Shown: positions 60,341 to 64,000 of the stretch, piece after piece
How the letters are laid out: the number at the start of each line of letters is the position of its first letter
Position numbering within the stretch: the first letter of the stretch is position 1
Assembly (NCBI GenBank): GCA_024639505.1
Contig: JAHEIE010000018.1
Span: 2,777-66,776 of the forward strand
Direction of reading: 5' to 3'
From: Crocinitomicaceae bacterium
GTDB lineage: Bacteria; Bacteroidota; Bacteroidia; Flavobacteriales_D; CAJJDF01
Length of the DNA stretch: 64,000 nucleotides
Program-made: the position numbers and the translations under genes
The notes under the pieces: model-generated
The model's database searches: none
The model's input: the letters and a program-made list of their open reading frames with translations, nothing else
What the model was told of the DNA's origin: nothing

Positions 60341-62229
60341 AATATCTAGATTTTTACAAAGAATGCATCGCCAATCCTTTGCAATTTTGGCAAAAGCAAT
60401 CTCAGGAATTAGATTGGTTTGTAAAGCCTACAAGGGTGTTGGATAAAGATATCCATAATTACGATCAATGGTTTTCTGACGGAAAAGTGAACATGAGTTA
60501 TTTGTGCATCGACAAGCATATTGCAGATGGATTTGGAGATGAAACTGCGGTAATTTATGATTCGCCAGTTACACAAACGAAAGAATTTATTTCGTTCCAT
60601 AAATTGCATGAGGAAGTATCCAAACTTGCAGGTGGATTGAAAGAATTGGGAGTTGGTATAGGTGATACCGTAATCATTTATATGCCAATGATTCCGCAGG
60701 CTATGTTTGCCATGCTTGCTTGTGCAAGAATTGGAGCAATTCACTCTGTAGTTTTTGGCGGTTTTGCACCTCATGAATTGGCGGTAAGAATTGACGATTG
60801 TAAGCCCAAAGTTATAATCACTGCAACGAACGGAATAGAGATAGAAAAGATTATTCCCTACAAACCTTTTGTAGATAAAGCGATTGAAGAATGTATTCAC
60901 AAGCCAGAAAAAGTAATTTTATTCGACAGAAAGCAAAATGTATCTTTTGAAACAAAAGAACGAGACATTGATTATGAAACGCTAGTAAACAATGCGCAGA
61001 GCATTGAGCCTATTTCGCTTTCGTCAACTCACCCTTTGTACATTTTATATACTTCGGGAACTACCGGAAAACCAAAAGGAATACAAAGAGATACAGGAGG
61101 ATATGCTACCGCTCTTAAATTTTCTATGAAATACGTTTACGGGATGAATCCTGGCGAAGTATATTGGGCGGCCAGCGATGTGGGATGGGTTGTGGGACAT
61201 AGCTATATAGTTTATGGTCCGTTACTGAATAGGAACACAACCATTATTTTCGAAGGAAAACCTATTCGTACTCCAGATGCTTCTACATTTTGGAGAGTTA
61301 TAAGTGAGCACAGAGTATCGGCAATGTTTACAGCTCCCACAGCAATAAGAGCAATTAAAAAAGAAGATCCGAACGGAAATTTCATCAAAAAATATGACTT
61401 GTCTTGCCTAAAATATCAGTTTTTGGCAGGCGAAAGATGTGATGCTGCCACTTTGCAATGGACCCAAGAAAAACTGGGAATACCAGTTATAGATCACTGG
61501 TGGCAAACCGAGTCGGGATGGGCAATGGTAGCGAACATGGTAGGTGTAAATTTACTACCTGTAAAACCTGGTTCGGCTACTCTCCCAGTATCAGGATATG
61601 ACATTCAGATTCTGAATGAGCAAGGTGATATTTTAGAGCAAGATTCGGAAGGTTATGTAGCTGTAAAACTTCCTCTACCTCCAGGAACTTTGATGAACCT
61701 TTGGGGAAATCCAGAGCGATTCAAAAGTGCTTACTTGGATAAGTTTCCAGGTTACTATTTTTCTGGTGATGGTGGTTACAAAGATGAGGACGGTTATGTG
61801 TTTATTACCGGAAGAGTGGATGATGTGATTAATGTAGCGGGACATAGGTTGTCTACGGCAGATATGGAAGAAATAGTTTTTTCCCACAAATCGGTTGCAG
61901 AATGTGCTGTGTTTGGAATCAATTGTTCGCTCAAAGGTCAAAAACCGATGGCTTTGATTGTTTTAAAGTCCGATTTGGCGAAAACCGAAAAAGAAATTCA
62001 AAGTGAAATAATTGCAGAAGTAAGAACAGTGATTGGAGCTGTAGCTTCGTTTAGGGATGTTTTGGTGGTTCAAAGATTACCAAAAACACGCTCGGGAAAA
62101 ATCCTGCGTAAACTGCTGCGAAACATTGCCGATGAAATTCAATACAACATTCCATCTACAATTGATGACGTTACTATTATCGAAGAAATAAAAGAAATAT
62201 ATAAATTTAACAAAGTAGGAATACACTAA
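60337..62229 (+). CDS. prpE: Propionate-CoA ligase-like acyl-CoA synthetase
   Basis: Closely parallels the E. coli PrpE sequence as I recall it: LACARIGAIHSVVFGGFA, ILYTSGTTGKPKGIQRDTGGYA, ASDVGWVVGHSYIVYGPLL. 630 aa. Confidence 0.8.
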   Translation: MKYLDFYKECIANPLQFWQKQSQELDWFVKPTRVLDKDIHNYDQWFSDGKVNMSYLCIDKHIADGFGDETAVIYDSPVTQTKEFISFHKLHEEVSKLAGGLKELGVGIGDTVIIYMPMIPQAMFAMLACARIGAIHSVVFGGFAPHELAVRIDDCKPKVIITATNGIEIEKIIPYKPFVDKAIEECIHKPEKVILFDRKQNVSFETKERDIDYETLVNNAQSIEPISLSSTHPLYILYTSGTTGKPKGIQRDTGGYATALKFSMKYVYGMNPGEVYWAASDVGWVVGHSYIVYGPLLNRNTTIIFEGKPIRTPDASTFWRVISEHRVSAMFTAPTAIRAIKKEDPNGNFIKKYDLSCLKYQFLAGERCDAATLQWTQEKLGIPVIDHWWQTESGWAMVANMVGVNLLPVKPGSATLPVSGYDIQILNEQGDILEQDSEGYVAVKLPLPPGTLMNLWGNPERFKSAYLDKFPGYYFSGDGGYKDEDGYVFITGRVDDVINVAGHRLSTADMEEIVFSHKSVAECAVFGINCSLKGQKPMALIVLKSDLAKTEKEIQSEIIAEVRTVIGAVASFRDVLVVQRLPKTRSGKILRKLLRNIADEIQYNIPSTIDDVTIIEEIKEIYKFNKVGIH

Positions 62230-62239
62230 AATAAAAACA

Positions 62240-64000
62240 ATGAGTAATTACCACATAAAACACCTAGAAGAATATTACAAAGTATACAGAAAATCGGTTC
62301 GTGAGCCAGAATTGTTTTGGGAAGAAATTGCCGAGGAGCATTTTAGTTGGAGAAAAAGATGGGACAAAGTGCTGGATTGGGATTTTTCTAAACCAGAAAT
62401 CAAATGGTTTGAAGGAGCCAAATTGAACATAACAGAAAACTGTATTGACAGGCATTTGAGAACAAAAGGAGACCAAACTGCCATTTTATTTGAGCCAAAT
62501 AACCCCGCAGACGGACCCGAACATATTACTTACCGTGACTTACATGAAAGAGTAAACAAACTAGCCAATGTGCTAAAATCTCAAGGGATTAAAAAAGGAG
62601 ATCGAGTTTGTATTTACTTACCAATGATTCCTGAATTAGCTGTTTCTCTATTGGCTTGTGCTCGTATTGGTGCCATTCACTCTGTTGTTTTTGCCGGATT
62701 TTCATCTTCTGCTTTGGCTTCAAGGATAAACGATAGCGAATGTAAACTTGTTATTACTTCGGATGGATCTTACCGTGGAGCAAAAACTATCGACCTGAAA
62801 GGGATAGTTGATGAAGCCTTGGAAACCTGCGTTTGCACCACTCATGTGCTTGTGGTAAAAAGAATAAATTCGGAAATAAACATGAAAACAGGAAGAGACC
62901 AATGGCTCGCTCCTTTGCTAGAAAATGCACCTACAGAATGTGAACCTGAAGTAATGGATGCGGAAGATCCTTTGTTTATTTTATATACATCTGGATCAAC
63001 GGGATCGCCAAAAGGAATGGTTCATACAACTGCCGGTTATATGGTTTACACGGCTTATACTTTCAAAAATGTATTTCAATACAGACCAGGAGATGTGTAT
63101 TGGTGTACAGCGGATATTGGCTGGATTACAGGACACAGTTACATTGTGTACGGACCTTTAGCAAACGGTGCAACCACAATCATGTTTGAGGGTGTGCCAA
63201 GTTACCCTGATTTCGGAAGGTTTTGGGAGATTGTTGAAAAACATAAAGTAACTCAATTTTACACCGCTCCTACCGCAATTAGAGCTTTGGCCAAAGAAAA
63301 CCTGGACTATGTAAACAAGTATGATTTATCTTCTTTGAAGGTTCTTGGGTCTGTGGGTGAACCAATTAACGAAGAAGCTTGGCACTGGTACAACGACAAC
63401 ATTGGAAAACAAAAAAGTCCTATTGTAGATTCTTGGTGGCAAACCGAAACCGGAGGAATCATGATATCTCCCTTGCCTTACGTTACTCCCACAATCCCAA
63501 CCTATGCTACTTTGCCTTTCCCGGGAATACAGCCCGCCTTAATGGACGAAAACGGGAAAGAGCTAACAGAAAACCAAGTAGAAGGAAGGCTGTGTATTAA
63601 GTTTCCTTGGCCTAGTATTGCCCGAACAATTTGGGGAAATCACGAACGGTACAAAGACACTTATTTTTCTGCATACAATGATAAATATTTCACAGGAGAT
63701 GGAGCTTTGAGGGATGCCGTGGGCTATTACCGAATTACGGGAAGAGTAGATGATGTGATCATAGTTTCTGGACACAACCTAGGAACTGCGCCAATTGAAG
63801 ATGCTATAAATGAGCATCCGGCTGTAGCAGAATCCGCAATTGTGGGATATCCTCATGATGTAAAAGGAAATGCGCTTTACGGTTACATTACCTTAAAAGA
63901 AACCGGAGAAGGCAGAGACCACGATAATTTAAGAAAAGAAATAAATCAATTGATTACAGATAGAATTGGACCTATTGCAAAACTGAATAAAATACAGTTT
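62240..64000 (+). CDS. acs: Acetyl-CoA synthetase (partial, 587 codons, runs off window end)
   Basis: Not in the ORF track because there is no stop. My translation from ATG 62240 gives MSNYHIKHLEEYYKVYRKSVREPELFWEEIA...TGSTGSPKGMVHTTAGY...WWQTETGG. Confidence 0.93.
   Translation, partial: MSNYHIKHLEEYYKVYRKSVREPELFWEEIAEEHFSWRKRWDKVLDWDFSKPEIKWFEGAKLNITENCIDRHLRTKGDQTAILFEPNNPADGPEHITYRDLHERVNKLANVLKSQGIKKGDRVCIYLPMIPELAVSLLACARIGAIHSVVFAGFSSSALASRINDSECKLVITSDGSYRGAKTIDLKGIVDEALETCVCTTHVLVVKRINSEINMKTGRDQWLAPLLENAPTECEPEVMDAEDPLFILYTSGSTGSPKGMVHTTAGYMVYTAYTFKNVFQYRPGDVYWCTADIGWITGHSYIVYGPLANGATTIMFEGVPSYPDFGRFWEIVEKHKVTQFYTAPTAIRALAKENLDYVNKYDLSSLKVLGSVGEPINEEAWHWYNDNIGKQKSPIVDSWWQTETGGIMISPLPYVTPTIPTYATLPFPGIQPALMDENGKELTENQVEGRLCIKFPWPSIARTIWGNHERYKDTYFSAYNDKYFTGDGALRDAVGYYRITGRVDDVIIVSGHNLGTAPIEDAINEHPAVAESAIVGYPHDVKGNALYGYITLKETGEGRDHDNLRKEINQLITDRIGPIAKLNKIQF

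Noticed and set aside
60409-60900. 163-aa minus-strand ORF inside the prpE-like gene
   Set aside because: Antisense shadow ORF. The sense frame matches acyl-CoA synthetase motifs.
62264-63775. Several 60-73-aa ORFs on both strands in the last 1.8 kb
   Set aside because: All lie inside the open acs reading frame (62240 to the window end), which the track omits only because it has no stop codon in the window.

Overview
This is a low-GC Bacteroidota-type chromosomal segment, probably Flavobacteriia-like. The evidence is a T9SS C-terminal sorting domain, a TTTG/TAnnTTTG promoter, a split metH and a CarbopepD-type TonB receptor. About 59 protein genes are dense on both strands. I saw no tRNA, rRNA, CRISPR array, integrase or intact IS.

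Most of the window is housekeeping: mnmA, recA, bcp, mutS, rfbA, mgtE, pepD, pheS, rpsP-rimM, groES-groEL, metH and queF. These genes are separated by clear hairpin terminators.

Four regions stand out:
1. 21820-29865 is a seven-gene, translationally coupled minus-strand operon of uncharacterised envelope proteins. It encodes a T9SS-CTD-like cargo, a lipase-motif alpha/beta hydrolase, twin beta-propeller lipoproteins that share a 45-nt near-identical hairpin-forming segment, two small beta-barrel-like proteins and a 504-aa helical putative regulator. This is my best candidate for an undescribed system.
2. 52865-64000 is a short-chain fatty acid scavenging locus. It holds a porin, DUF4212 plus a VC_2705-type symporter, a symporter-fused CrbS/CbrA-like histidine kinase preceded by an overlapping micro-ORF, a receiver-only response regulator, and tandem prpE-like and acs genes. 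An orphan IS1-InsA-like zinc-ribbon/HTH gene precedes it.
3. A SAM-I riboswitch sits in front of a split metH. queF and a 26-nt perfect inverted repeat are inserted between the two metH halves.
4. Two kinds of small DNA element recur: a family of GTCATTC...GAATC hairpin repeats in inverted pairs in several intergenic regions, and a four-helix-bundle gene bracketed by 19-bp imperfect inverted repeats.

All functional calls come from reading the translated ORFs and recalling motifs. No database search was run.
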